A stretch of 64,000 nt of DNA from Terriglobia bacterium (lineage in GTDB: Bacteria > Acidobacteriota > Terriglobia > 2-12-FULL-54-10): assembly GCA_963666975.2 (NCBI GenBank), contig CAXVYR010000004.1, positions 2,336,001-2,400,000 on the forward strand, written 5' to 3'. Below, piece after piece: positions 33,455-44,971 of this stretch. The position numbers and the translations under genes are program-made. The first letter of the stretch is position 1. Each line of letters begins with the position of its first letter. The notes beneath the pieces are model-generated. The model saw only the letters and a program-made list of their open reading frames with translations. It was not told where the DNA came from and searched no databases.

Positions 33455-33817
33455 ATGGCACGAATGCTTATTGTTGCAACGCATGGATCCGAAGATCCGA
33501 CTCGAGCGGGTCTCTCGTTCTTCACTGCCAAGGGAGCGGTGGAGGCTGGCCACAAGCCCGAGATCGTTCTGGCCGGCGATGGCGCGGTACTTGCGCACCG
33601 AACCGTGGCGGATTCCGTGTTCCCTGTCGGGATCCCACCGCTGAAAGAGTTAATTCAGTTCGTGGTCGATAACAAGGTCCCGGTTTACACCTGAGGGGCC
33701 TGCGGCCGCGCCCGTGGGGTGACCGAAGAAGATCTCAAGTGGTTGAACTCCCGTTGGTTTACGCCTAAGGATATGGCCCAACTCGCCGTCGAAGTGGACC
33801 GGGTATTTACGTTCTAG
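33455..33817 (+). CDS. DsrE-family selenoprotein (UGA 33692-33694 read as Sec; UxxC motif)
   Basis: The frame continues past TGA as GACGRARGV...RVFTF-TAG; SECIS-like hairpin follows. Confidence 0.8.
33703..33725 (+). promoter_or_regulatory. Bacterial SECIS-like hairpin
   Basis: CGG-C-CGC-G-CC[CGUG]GG-GUG-A-CCG; G-containing apical loop 18 nt after the UGA. Confidence 0.65.
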
Positions 33818-34401
33818 GATGGGTAGTCAACTTTATCCGGAATTGGTTTTTTGGGCCCTCCGGCGTTGCGAGTATATACTCATTTCCCTCCAACCGAGCC
33901 CTTCCAGCGCAGGTTTGCTCTCCGGGGGTTCCATCCTTTTTGGGGGAAATCAAACTGCGATCCGAGAGAAGGGCTGGGGTGCTGCTTGCTGATTGGGAAA
34001 AGAACAAGGGGGCAGCAACGCCATTGCATCGTGCAAGGACGTTACCACGATTGAAGGATATTGGAATCTCAAAGTTGCAATCCCACCAAGGAATAGGGCG
34101 AGACGAGCGGCCAGGGATGCCGCCTTGCTCTGTCGCTATTGCGTAGCCCAATCCCGCTAGAAGCCTGTTGAGGCCCCGAATCGCGCCATTCCATCACAAA
34201 ATATATCCTGACGATAACCAAAATAGTCATAGTGGACAGGTATCTTGGCGATTGCGGCGCAAACACGCCAGATCGGTTCCTCCATGCTCGACCTTACCCC
34301 TTTGCTGGCCGCTTCCTTGACTGGGTTTCCGGAGACTCTAGCTGGATTCCGAGTCTTTCAATGGCAGCCGAAAAATAAATGGAATGAAAGGAGTCCCTAC
34401 A

Positions 34402-34716
34402 ATGGGTCAATACACAAAGGTGGCCAGCACAAATGAGTTCGACTCGGCCAAACAACGTTTGGTTGAGGTTGGAGGGCTGAAGATTGCTCTCTTCTCGGTC
34501 GGAGACAAGTATTATGCGATCGGAGATACTTGCACGCATCGAGGAGGGCCACTCTCGGACGGGATGTTGGCTGAGGATAAGGTAACCTGCCCCTTGCATG
34601 GTGCCCGTTTTGATATAAAAACAGGCAAAGTTCTTGGTCCCCCAGCTGCTCAGGGAGTGCCTTCCTACAACGTCCGTGTGTCAGGAAACGATATCGAGGT
34701 GGAAATCCCTTCTTGA
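34402..34716 (+). CDS. Rieske-type ferredoxin
   Basis: CTH...CPLH Rieske motif. Confidence 0.9.
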   Translation: MGQYTKVASTNEFDSAKQRLVEVGGLKIALFSVGDKYYAIGDTCTHRGGPLSDGMLAEDKVTCPLHGARFDIKTGKVLGPPAAQGVPSYNVRVSGNDIEVEIPS

Positions 34717-34765
34717 AGGCCGATGCTATGGTCGCGGTAGGGTCTTCTGTCCAGCAGGTAATCTA

Positions 34766-34984
34766 ATGAGCGGTGATCGACCAGAAAAGACACCAGCACA
34801 AAAGTTTTCCGTGGGTGAGGTCGTAGGGCATAACGTTATAGCCCATACGGTCGAGATAGTGGAAGCGCGTTTTGCGCGTGCAACCACACCACCTTACATT
34901 TGGGACTGGCATTATTTTGGGAAATTGGAAGGTTTGAATTCCCAACTTTGGTTTCGTGAGACCACATTGGAAAAGTTAAATTAA
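34766..34984 (+). CDS. Small hypothetical protein
   Basis: Co-oriented short ORF (KFSVGEVV...). Confidence 0.4.
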   Translation: MSGDRPEKTPAQKFSVGEVVGHNVIAHTVEIVEARFARATTPPYIWDWHYFGKLEGLNSQLWFRETTLEKLN

Positions 34985-35108
34985 ATATTTTTCTTTCGGC
35001 AAACTTTCAATAGCCAAATCGATCTAAACTTTTCTGCCGTCGCCACAATCGCAAAGTAATTTGGTTGGAGTTGCAATAATCCATTCCTCAGTTTGAAGGA
35101 AAGCGGAG

Positions 35109-35549
35109 GTGGTGGTGGGTTTCATCGGGTATTTGCTCCAGCACGAGGGCAAGGCCGACGAGGTGGTACGCATCTTTTTAGAGTGCCGGGAGGACTTCCT
35201 TCCGTGTGATCCAGCCAATGATCCTCCCGGAGAGCCACCGCTTGACATCTGCTACACCTATGCGGTGGATGTGGTTTTTCCGGGCGGAAAACCCCCTTGC
35301 CGTCTGCGGGGGGTGGACGGAATCCGCGTGCTGAAAAAATTTTACAAGCTGGTCAACAGCCTGGAAGAAAGAGCCCGGGAACATGGGAATGATCGGCAAA
35401 AAGTACTGGGGTCGGTTGAGGGCCTGTTGGAACATCTCACCTACACTCGCAATGCGCGAGACTTTACCGGTATCGGAGAGCCCAAGCCGTCCCCACCGGT
35501 AACGCAGACCCTGGCTCCGGACTGCGGCCTCCCGTCCCCGGAGGTGTGA
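35109..35549 (+). CDS. Hypothetical protein
   Basis: GGAGG RBS-like sequence; 146-aa ORF. Confidence 0.45.
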   Translation: MVVGFIGYLLQHEGKADEVVRIFLECREDFLPCDPANDPPGEPPLDICYTYAVDVVFPGGKPPCRLRGVDGIRVLKKFYKLVNSLEERAREHGNDRQKVLGSVEGLLEHLTYTRNARDFTGIGEPKPSPPVTQTLAPDCGLPSPEV

Positions 35550-35853
35550 ACCGTGCGCGGTCGGTTCCGTCTCCATTCCAGTGAATGATCTCGACTTGCC
35601 CCGGGCGAATACTGAAGGACTCCGCTTAATGCTGCGGCGGGCAAAGGGTAACCAACCACAGGCCCGCAGACGTATGCTTTTGGGCGAGAGGAAAAGTCAA
35701 ATCAGAAATTCTGTGTTAAACGGTTTTTATTCTTTTAAGGCGGATATTCGATTTCAGTGAACGGAACATTCCACAAATCGTGCTGCTCGCGTCGGTGCTC
35801 ATCTGCCAGAACGGGCTCCCGATCAGTCTGAATCGTGGTCTCGACGGTAAACT

Positions 35854-36291
35854 TCATTCGGTTGAGATAAACCTGTCTTTCCAATTGGGATCGGGAAGTA
35901 GGCACAGTTGGTGGCGACCAAATAGCGAATAGCGATTTCGAGCGATCACGCGATAAAAGAAATCGAGAATGAAGGTAGGAAGCAGACCTAAAAGGGTCGG
36001 GATCTTCCAAGCTCCGCCGATTGTTCTAAGGACGTAAAGCGCGGCCCGTGATCGGACGAGAAGTCGCTCGTGCGGTGTGTCCTTGCCCAAAGCGACGTAG
36101 AATGTGTCTAGATCTTCGGGGTTAGCTCCGTGGGGCTTTAGCAATGCGCTGGCGAACTCAGACTGCAAAGTGGCGAATCGGAAGATACCTCTCTTGTCTC
36201 GTCGCAGTGTAAACAGATTGAACCTGTTGCAGAGCCCACAGGCGCCGTCATACAAGATGATCGGATTCGGCTCCACCATGCCATTGTCCAC
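35854..36291 (-). CDS. DCC-family thiol-disulfide oxidoreductase (DUF393)
   Basis: YDGACGLC and YRVIARNRY. Confidence 0.88.
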   Translation of the reverse strand: MDNGMVEPNPIILYDGACGLCNRFNLFTLRRDKRGIFRFATLQSEFASALLKPHGANPEDLDTFYVALGKDTPHERLLVRSRAALYVLRTIGGAWKIPTLLGLLPTFILDFFYRVIARNRYSLFGRHQLCLLPDPNWKDRFISTE

Positions 36292-36508
36292 AGGGTGATA
36301 CTATTACCTCTTGAGAATTATTTCACTTTCATTATTAGCGGCTTCCGTTGGTGTCGAGGCACCTGAGAACTCTTGATGTTTCCGTCATTGGGTGTTGCTG
36401 GAATGTGCTTATTGCTTCATGACGCAAGATCTTACAGCCGATATTAGCGTCACCAATTCTAGTTTGCGCCAAGGCCACTTGCCGCTACTGATGTGGAAGG
36501 ACCGACTG

Positions 36509-36815
36509 GCGTTGGCAGGGGGTCACCTGACCCGGCGGCTGTTTGCCAGCATGCTGGGGCGGATCGATGGATTGCCACTTCCGTCGGGATAGCCTAGCCT
36601 GCGGCACCCAAGAAAATGATTCCGAAATCCCCCAGGAATGGAGAGTTGTCTGCAAGAGCCGATGGGAAGGCCCGTGGTCAGCAGTTTAGGGACTCGCTTT
36701 AGGGCAGACAGGACCCTGTCCCGATCCCCTGGACCCAGCCAAATAAAAAATCGTGCGCTGGAACCCCGCGATGGGTGTATCGTGCGGGTCGTTGGAGCTA
36801 AAAAGGAAATTCCGG
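36509..36815 (+). mobile_element. IS1380 3'-end remnant
   Basis: HLTRRLFASMLGRIDGL..PSG* and its 3' UTR are similar to the IS at 54569; ends GGAAATTCCGG. Confidence 0.75.
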
Positions 36816-37012
36816 TTTAACCGTGCCGATCGCGCGGTGCCGAAGAGCGGCTTTAGCCGCTGAGGGGCTGCCGCCGGCAAATTTAACGCATCTGTAGGTT
36901 GGAAAACTTCGCTGAGAGCCTCAAGACGGGAAACTCTCGGCGAGAGCCCTCAGGGGCTAAAGCCCTTCTGGAGACGGCCACCTAACGGCACGGTTAAAAC
37001 CGTGCCCTGACA
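36816..37012. repeat. Inverted REP pair (GGCACGGTTAAAACCGTGCC type), left copy clipped
   Basis: aaccgtgccg..ggctttagccgctgaggg is inverted against ccctcaggggctaaagcc..cggcacggttaaaaccgtgccctgaca. Confidence 0.65.
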
Positions 37013-37112
37013 AATCGTGTGACGCTGTGCCTAACGGAAACTGACCTACTACCGCAGTTTCATGCGCGGAGGCGGAAGGCCGCGCCTGCCGCGCAAACAA
37101 AGGAGAGGACCG

Positions 37113-37424
37113 TTGGATAATAACCGGTTTGAGATTTTGACGCAGATGCTGGAAAAAAATCCGAAAGATTCCTTTGCGCGCTACGGCTTGGCGATGGAGT
37201 ACGCCAAGCAGGATGAGCACGCTAAGGCAATGGAGCAATTCCGGAAGCTCTGGAAGTTGCATCCGGACTATTCGGCGGCCTATTTTCAGGGCGCGCAGGT
37301 GCTCGCCAAGACCGGGGAGACGGAAGAAGCCCGGCAGGTGCTCACAAAAGGGATCGAAGTCGCCGGCCGCGGCGGCGATCTCCATATCAAGAGCGAAATG
37401 GAGGCGGCTCTGGAGGAGCTGTGA
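37113..37424 (+). CDS. Tetratricopeptide repeat protein
   Basis: NPKDSFARYGLAMEY and PDYSAAYFQ; AGGAG RBS before TTG. Confidence 0.8.
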   Translation: MDNNRFEILTQMLEKNPKDSFARYGLAMEYAKQDEHAKAMEQFRKLWKLHPDYSAAYFQGAQVLAKTGETEEARQVLTKGIEVAGRGGDLHIKSEMEAALEEL

Positions 37425-37567
37425 GGGCTTGATTGGTTATTACTTCGGTTTCCGCTGGGTTTTCAATGCTACAGCTTTGCTATGGAAGGCTCTTGCCGCC
37501 GATTGATTTACTCCCTCGGCTCGTGTAATCTCTCTCCATCAATATCCAAGCAGGCGGGAGTAAAAAC

Positions 37568-37958
37568 GTGTCGCTTTCCCCCGGCAAACAGTTGGGCTCT
37601 TACGAGGTCCTCAGCCACCTGGGCTCAGGAGGCATGGGCGCGGTGTATCGCGCCCGCGACACCAAGCTCGGACGTGAAGTCGCCATCAAGGTCCTGCCCG
37701 ATGCATTTGCAAAGGACCCGGAACGCTTGGCCCGCTTTCAGCGCGGGCTCTCGCAGGTTGCTCTTCGAGGGACGGTACGCGGGGAGCCGGGGTCGTAGAG
37801 AATACGACGTTTCTCCCGACGGACAGCGGTTTCTGATGATTAAGAAAGATGGGCAGCAACAGGAATCTTCCACGCAAATCAATGTGGTGATGAACTGGTT
37901 TGAAGAGCTACGGGCAGTGATGGGTGGCAAGAATTCGAGCCGCGACCGTGAGGGGTAG
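37568..37958 (+). pseudogene. Ser/Thr kinase with beta-propeller, reduced to its two ends by an internal deletion
   Basis: [27 protein letters not shown]...RFQR is joined out of frame to YDVSPDGQRFLMI...NWFEEL. Confidence 0.8.
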
Positions 37959-38161
37959 GGGTAGCCACGACGAGTGCTTTTTCTGGTCGTGGGCCTTTCC
38001 TGAATTTACAAACCCACGGCAAATTGGAAATGCCAACTTAGGGTTGCGGCAGGCCAAGGAGATGGGGAAAATGCCAGTTTTCCCGTTCTTCGTTGCCATC
38101 CCCCCTGCGGAGAGAGGCGTTCCATCAACCGGAAATTCGTGTGGTCCCGATTGCAGGTGAC

Positions 38162-39673
38162 TGTGCCCCGTCAGGGCTTGTTGGACAGGTAGAGGGTAAT
38201 AGTTAAGGTGATGTTTTTGGCTCATCGTAGAGACTGAAAGGAACGAAGATGAGACAAAAACAAGACGACAGGGGGGCGGTCGAGAAGGCCGTCCGGGAGA
38301 TCAAACGCAGGACGCGGCGCAGGTTCAGCCCGGAAGACAAAATCCGCATTGTATTGCAGGGACTTCGCGGCGAGGACAGCATCGCGGAGCTGTGCCGCCG
38401 CGAGGGGCTGCACCAGAACCAGTATTACCGCTGGAGCAAGGAGTTTCTGGAGGCTGGCCGCAAGCGGCTGGCGGGCGACATAGACCGTGAGGCAACCAGT
38501 GGCGAAGTCAAGACTCTGCGGGAGCAGGCCGTACAGCTGAAAGAGGCCCTGGCCGAGGCTATGCTGGAAAATCGCCTGCTAAAAAAAAGCGTGATCGGGG
38601 ATGGGGAGGAACATACATGAGATACCCTGCCTCGGAGAAGCTGGAGATCATCTGCACGGTGGAGCAATCTGCCCTGGGGGTGCGCCGGACGCTGCAGCAG
38701 GTTGGCATTCCCAGATCGACGTTTTACAACTGGTACGACCGCTATGTGTCGGAAGGCTTTGATGGGCTGGAAGACAAAAAACCCGATCCTGGCCCTGTCT
38801 GGAACAAGGTGCCGGAGGAGATAACTCAGCAGTTGGTGACGTTAGCCCTGGCCGAGCCCGATCTGTCGTCACGCGAGCTGGCGGTGCGTTTTACCGAGGA
38901 AAGGCGGTATTACCTTTCTGAATCTACGGTTTACCGCGTCCTGAAAAGCCATGACCTGATTACCGCGCCAGCCTTTATTGTCCTGAAAGCGGCGGAACGG
39001 TTCGCCAACCCGACCACGGCGGTCAACCAGCTCTGGCAGACCGACTTCACCTACCTGAAAGTCATCGGTTGGGGCTGGTTCTACCTGTCCACGGTGCTGG
39101 ACGACTTCTCGCGCTATATCATCGCCTGGCGGCTGTGCAAAACCATGAGCGCAAGTGACGTCTCGGCCACGTTGCGGGATGCTTTGCAAGCCACCGGCCT
39201 CGACCGCGTGGGCGCCCGGCACAGACCTCGCCTCCTGAGCGACAACGGGCCGTGCTACGTCTCTTCCGAACTGCAATCATGGCTGGCAGAAAACAGCGTG
39301 CCGCATACTCGCGGCAAGCCCTATCACCCCATGACGCAGGGCAAGATCGAACGCTGGCACCGAACTCTGAAAGACCGCATCCTGCTCAACAACTATTACC
39401 TGCCAGAAGAGCTGGAGCGGCAGATCGATGCCTTCGTCAACCACTACAACACCAACCGATACCATGAAAGCCTGAACAACCTGACACCGTATGACGTTTT
39501 TACAGGCCAAGGCAGTGCCATCCTGCAAAAACGGGATCGCATCAAAGAGAAAACTATGATCTTAAGAAAACGGTTGCACTTCAAAAGAAGGGCAGCCTAA
39601 CATCAACCCAGAGGAGCCTGAACGCCACCTTATCTTTTTATGCTCTGTGTCCAACATTATCTGACGACGTACA
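38162..39673 (+). mobile_element. IS3-family element, copy 2 (orfA 38249..38620, orfB 38617..39600, -1 frameshift at A8G)
   Basis: TGT/ACA IRs; A-AAA-AAG slippery site at 38581-38589. Confidence 0.93.
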
Positions 39674-40012
39674 AGGGCCCAGGCACAGGGGGGTGGGACA
39701 GATTTCCCTAGACTGCCCATCGATTCTGGTGGCGACAACGGCAAACAGCGGCTATTGAGAATTCGCCTTTTCCGGGAGCTGTGCGTTGTGGCTGGGGGCG
39801 GTGGCACTGCAAGCGCAAGTGCATGGAGTGATTGCCCAGCTGAACCTAACCAACGTGAAAAACCAATCACTCTGAAACCTGTCAATGCCGAGGTAGGTGT
39901 TTCAATATCTTAGCGGTTCTGATTTCCCGATCTTTTGATATGGCTGGCCGAGCTAAAAGTACTTAATGCACCGCGAATCGTGCCCATCGAGGTGCCAAAC
40001 TTGGATGCGAGC

Positions 40013-40573
40013 CTACGCAAGCTCGAATCTCCTTGTCGATAGGTACGAGCAATGGCTACGCGGCTTTCTGCGAGATAAATGTGTGCATGGCGGGCGTCCA
40101 ATTCGCTTTCCTTTGGCGCGAGCATTGCGCATCCCGGCTTTTACCCGCTCCACTATGAGGCTGCGCTCGAGTTCGGCCACGGCGCCCAAGACCGTAAAGA
40201 CCATCTTGCCAGTCGGCGTGCTGGTGTCCACTTGTTCTGAAAGCGAAACGAACTCGATGCCCAGAGCCCGGAAGTTCTCCAGGGCTCTCAGTAGGTGCGA
40301 CACTGACCTGGCGAAGCGGTCAAACCGCCAGACGACTACCGCGTCGAAACGCCGCCTGTGCGCGTCAGCCAGGAGCCGATCAAGCTCCGGCCGACGCTCC
40401 TTGGCTCCAGAAATCCCAACGTCAATATACTCGCCGGTGACGGAGCCACGGCGCTGGCAATATTCGCGTAGCTCCAGCAGCTGGACCTCTGGGTCTTGGC
40501 CGCTGTTGGCCGTCGAGACCCGCGCATAGAGAGCTGCCTTTACTGGTGGGTGGTTTAGAATTGGGATAGCCAT
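40013..40573 (-). CDS. Serine recombinase (resolvase/invertase); HTH tail frameshifted toward 39910
   Basis: YARVST, RFDRFARS and AELERSLIVERV. Confidence 0.85.
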   Translation of the reverse strand: MAIPILNHPPVKAALYARVSTANSGQDPEVQLLELREYCQRRGSVTGEYIDVGISGAKERRPELDRLLADAHRRRFDAVVVWRFDRFARSVSHLLRALENFRALGIEFVSLSEQVDTSTPTGKMVFTVLGAVAELERSLIVERVKAGMRNARAKGKRIGRPPCTHLSRRKPRSHCSYLSTRRFELA

Positions 40574-40599
40574 CGTTGCCTCCTGTAAGGTTGCGTTGG

Positions 40600-41353
40600 T
40601 TAGCCTCGTCCGTTGGGTGCTACCAGCGGGCGGGGCGCTTGGTTATTGTTTCCGACGGCGCGTACCGACGGCTTCTGACTTTTCTCGTGGCGGACCCTAA
40701 CTTTCTCTGTGCCAGCTTTCGCCTTAGCTCGCTTCTCGTATTCAGCGTGGTAGTAATCTGGGTGATTCTCTAGGAAGCGTCCCCACCGCAACTTCCGAGA
40801 ACAGGAAACGGAGCAGTATTTCTGTTGGCGCATGATGGCGCTTTACATTTTTCGTTGGAACACATTCGCACCTTCTGCCATATGTGCAAGCAATCAGCAG
40901 CAGTGGCCAGGAACACTTTGCGAAAGTTGTTCCCGAAATACCACTTCCTTAAACCTCCCGCTTCTGGTCGGAGTCTCCACTCGCCGGGGATCTCTGGAAG
41001 TGTCCATTCCCGATTATTCTTGAACGCATCAAAGGCAGCACCCAGGTCCGCTTGAATCTGGAGAATGGTTTTTTTCGATATGGTCAAAGCGGGCAGAAAC
41101 CACGGAGAAGATCATCCGGTTCTGATCTGAGGTCGATTTCCACGTCCTCGGCTGCATATTGAGTAAATGTCTTAACCCCGGCAATCGGGCCGATTGGGAA
41201 CGTTTGGATAATATCGTGGAGGTCTATCAGTTCACCGCGCCGAAGGCTTCCCAGGTCGATACGAGCGAATGAAAGCAGCCACCTGCCCTTATCATTGATC
41301 GAAACAGGCCCACTCTTCATTTCAATGACCCGATCTTTTTTCTTGGACGCCAT
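40600..41353 (-). pseudogene. CGNR-type zinc-finger-like protein in three frames
   Basis: Consecutive fragments ending RMCSNEKC...KYCSVSC. Confidence 0.5.
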
Positions 41354-41509
41354 TTTTACCCTTCAGCCATAAACGGTAGCACAGGACATAAGGCCAATTA
41401 AGCCGTTTGTGAATTAACATACTACACAGCGACAGATAAGTTAATTGTCGATTGACTTAGATATGAACGTAAGTTAAGATAACAATCGTTACGTGCTGGA
41501 GGATTCGAC

Positions 41510-41700
41510 ATGCTGTCAATTCGCAAGAAGCGCATAGAAAAAGGCTGGAGCCTAACCCGCGTCTCCGGATTGACAGGATCGCAGCATCTGATCTCTCGCA
41601 AATGGAGCGGGAGCTCAAACCCGCTTTTCCGGGTTCGAAGCGAAGGCTGGCGCGAGCTTTCGGGGTGCCGGCCGGGAAGCTATTCAGGGAGCCAAAATGA
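41510..41700 (+). pseudogene. XRE-family HTH regulator, frameshifted
   Basis: RKKRIEKGWSLTRVSGLTG / IAASDLSQMER...LARAFGVPAGKLF. Confidence 0.65.
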
Positions 41701-41849
41701 GCACTTTCCAAACCCCTGAGCGGCCCGTGAGGGCCGAGATCAACCGGCCTGGAGCTGGTGCGCATCGTAACGTGGGTCTTCCGAGGGAAGCGAAATGATG
41801 CTCGAGTGCGCGGACGTAGCCCAAGCCGCACTGAAAGGACGGCTCAGGT

Positions 41850-43900
41850 GGTGAGCACAGCTGCTAGCGGAGACTGCATTCCTGGCGAATTGAAACGTCG
41901 GCAGCAGTGGGTGCTGTGGCTAAACGAAACCCGCGCTGGCCGCAACGGCAACGCTCGCCAGACAAAAGTGCCTTGCCAGACGGATGGGGCGGCGAGCCAG
42001 CAGTACGGACCCCAAAACTTGGTGCTCCTTCGAGCTCGCAACGTCAGAGCTGGCTGAGAATCCCGAACAATTCGCTGGCGTCGGCTTTGTTTTCGCTAAT
42101 GACGATCCGTACTGCGGGATTGATCTCGACAACTCTTTCAACCATGACGGCAGTCTGAAAGCTTGGGCTGAGGAAATCGTCGACAATTTCGCAGGCGGGT
42201 ACATGGAGGTATCACCGTCCGGCTGCGGGATCAAGGTATGGGTGATGGGGAAGCTGCCTGGACCTGGAAAGCAATTTCGGATCAGCAAAGATGAACTTAT
42301 CGAGATGTACGACTTTGGCCGCTTCTTCGCAGTTACGGGACAACCCTACGGAAGCCCGATCGAAGTAATCAACGATCATCAAGCCGCGATCGACTCGCTC
42401 TACGGTCGGATGATGCGGAATCGAGCGCGGGGCGCAGGCGATCGTGACCATCGTCCTAAAACTTACTCGGAAGGTGATCGACACGAAGCCTTGCTTCGGG
42501 AAGCGGGTCGCCAGGCCCATCGGTTCGGCGGCAATACGCCAAAGACGTTCGAGGCGGTAAGGCAGTTCAATTCGGAGCGGTGCCGCCCGCCCAAAGATGA
42601 GGGGGAAGTCCAATCCATAGTCGTGTGGGCGTGTCAGCAGGAGCATGCGAGGGCACCAGGCACGCCCGTGGCGAACTGGCACGACCAACTGATCGTGAAT
42701 CAAAACGGCGATCCGAAACCGATTCTCGCCAACGCCATAACGGCCCTGCGTTACGCGCCCGAATGGTGCGGCGTGCTGGTGTTCAATGAATTCGCGCTTG
42801 AAACCGTAGTGCTGAAAGATCCCCCGTGGGACAAGACTGTAACCGGTGCGAAATGGACCGATCACGAGGATCGGCTTACCGCGAACTGGCTTCAGCACGC
42901 GGGTATCTTCGTGCCAGTTGAAATCGCGGGGCAGGCCGTCCAGTCCGTCGCCAAGGATCGGCGGTTCCATCCCGTTCTGGAATATCTGGAGTCGCTTAAG
43001 TGGGACAGAACCAACCGGGTTGACAACTGGCTGAGTAATTACCTGGGGGCGGAGAGGAACGACTACACGGTGGCTGTTGGCGCGCGTTGGCTGATCTCTG
43101 CCGTGGTGCGCATTTACAAGCCCGGAGCGAAGGCCGATTGCTGTTTCATTCTCGAAGGCCCGCAAGGTCTGCTGAAATCCACGGCGCTGAAAACCATCGC
43201 TGGTGACTGGTTCACGGATGAAATCGCGGAGCTGGGCAGTAAGGATGCCGCGCTCCAGACGCGCGGAGTTTGGATTATCGAAATCGCCGAATTGGATTCT
43301 ATGACGCGCGCCGAGGTTGGCAAGATCAAATCTTTCATGAGCCGTTCAACGGACAGGTTCCGTCCGCCTTACGGCAAGCGCCTCATTGAATCCCCGCGCC
43401 AATGTGTATTCGCTGGCTCGGTGAATCACTCGAATTACCTACGGGATGAGACGGGCGGACGGCGCTTCTGGCCAGTTGCCTGTACTCGAATCCTGATTGA
43501 TGACCTGGCACGGGACCGAGACCAGCTCTGGGCTGAGGCCGTTGTCCGGTATCGAAGCGGCGCAGTTTGGTGGCTCGACTCTCCTGAACTGAACCGCGTT
43601 GCTGAGCAGGAGCAGGCCGCGCGTTACGACGGCGATCCTTTGGGAGACCTGATCGCGGCGTGGCTGGAACATCCGACGGCGCGGTATGACTGCGGCAGTC
43701 CCATCACGCCGTTCACTTCCACGGATGAATCAGTCTCGGTCCCTAACGTTTTACTGCATTGCATCGGCAAGCCGCAGGAGCAGTGGACCCAGACTGATCA
43801 GAACCGCGTGGCGCGGTGTCTGCGGTCGTTGGGGTGGGAGCGTTACCGCAAGCGCATAGAAAACGAGTCTCTCTGGCACTACCGGAGGAAGGAATTATGA
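41850..43900 (+). CDS. Primase-polymerase fused to a VapE/VirE-like helicase, frameshifted near 41985
   Basis: QWVLW...TKVP, GIDLD and EVSPSG in the AEP domain; Walker A GPQGLLKST and DETGGRRFW. Confidence 0.82.
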
Positions 43901-44112
43901 TGTTCCTAGTTTGTTCCCAGTCTTGTTCCCACTTGTGTTCCCACTCTAAGCCCTTTCTGTTCATACATGTTCCCAGTGTTCCCAGTACGTCGCGCGCGCG
44001 TACATATGAGGACCCGTGCGTTTTTGGCGCTCAGGGTAAATATAGAAAGCAACCGGGAACACTGGGAACTGGGAACAACTCGCGCAAAGGGAACTGGAAA
44101 AGGTGATAGGCC

Positions 44113-44434
44113 AATGAGCAAGCGAAAGGAGAAAAGAATGTGCTACAGATACGATTTTGGTGACATGGTCCAATGCGCGTCTTATGAGACGAAAAACTGT
44201 CCGATTGGCCAAGAGAGCGAAAGGCTCGACTGCTTCAAAGACCACGTCCGGGAAGCCAAGGCACGTGCCTGGACAGGCGATTTCCTTGTCGAGCTGGAAG
44301 CTCGAATTGAGGAAATGCGCGACCTGATTGCCCAGCGGAGCCAGCCGGAGTTCAAACGGCTGGTTCGTGAGTGCCGCAAATGGGGGCTGGTGTGCGTGCC
44401 AACCGGCGTTGCTGATCTACCCTGGGGACTTTGA
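44113..44434 (+). CDS. Hypothetical protein
   Basis: ORF from MSKRKEK, co-oriented within the module. Confidence 0.4.
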
Positions 44435-44747
44435 CCCATCCGGTGAGGACATCGAGAGGGATTTCCTAGAACGTGCAGGCTGCTTTGATGAAGCAATTCG
44501 CGTGGCCCTGAATTCGGAGCAAGTGGAAAAGTATGACTTGCCGCCACAAATGGGGAAGACAACCGACTCTCGCGCTGCTGCGTTTGTTGCACGCCATGGA
44601 CGCCTGGTTCAGGTGGAACTGGACGCCCTATCACCGGATGTCCTTCGCGAACTTTACACCAAGACGATACGACGTTTTTGGGACAAGTCCATTTATGAAG
44701 ATGTGCTAGATGCCGAACGGGCCGAGCGAGAGGATTTGCGGGCATGA
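44410..44747 (+). pseudogene. Toprim-like domain fragment
   Basis: GDFDPSGEDI...RVALN...VELDAL with no matching N-terminus. Confidence 0.6.
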
Positions 44748-44971
44748 TTTCAGATTCCAACCACTATTGCAGAGGCTGCGGCCAACCGTTGCCATACAGA
44801 AGCAAGGCGCTCTTTCACCCAAAATGTCGTGCCCAAGACAAAATCGCAAAGATAGCCCAAAAGCGCAAACGGGAGCGCGAAAGAATGGAAAAATTCCTTG
44901 CTTTGCAGGTTTGCCCGCACTGTAGCCGAAAATTTGGGTCAGGCCGTCTCGTAAACACATCGTGTGACCCG

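Noticed and set aside
9295-39673. Inversion between the two oppositely oriented IS3 copies
   Set aside because: The flanks (CATT/AGCG and TGAC/AGGG) do not form swapped target duplications
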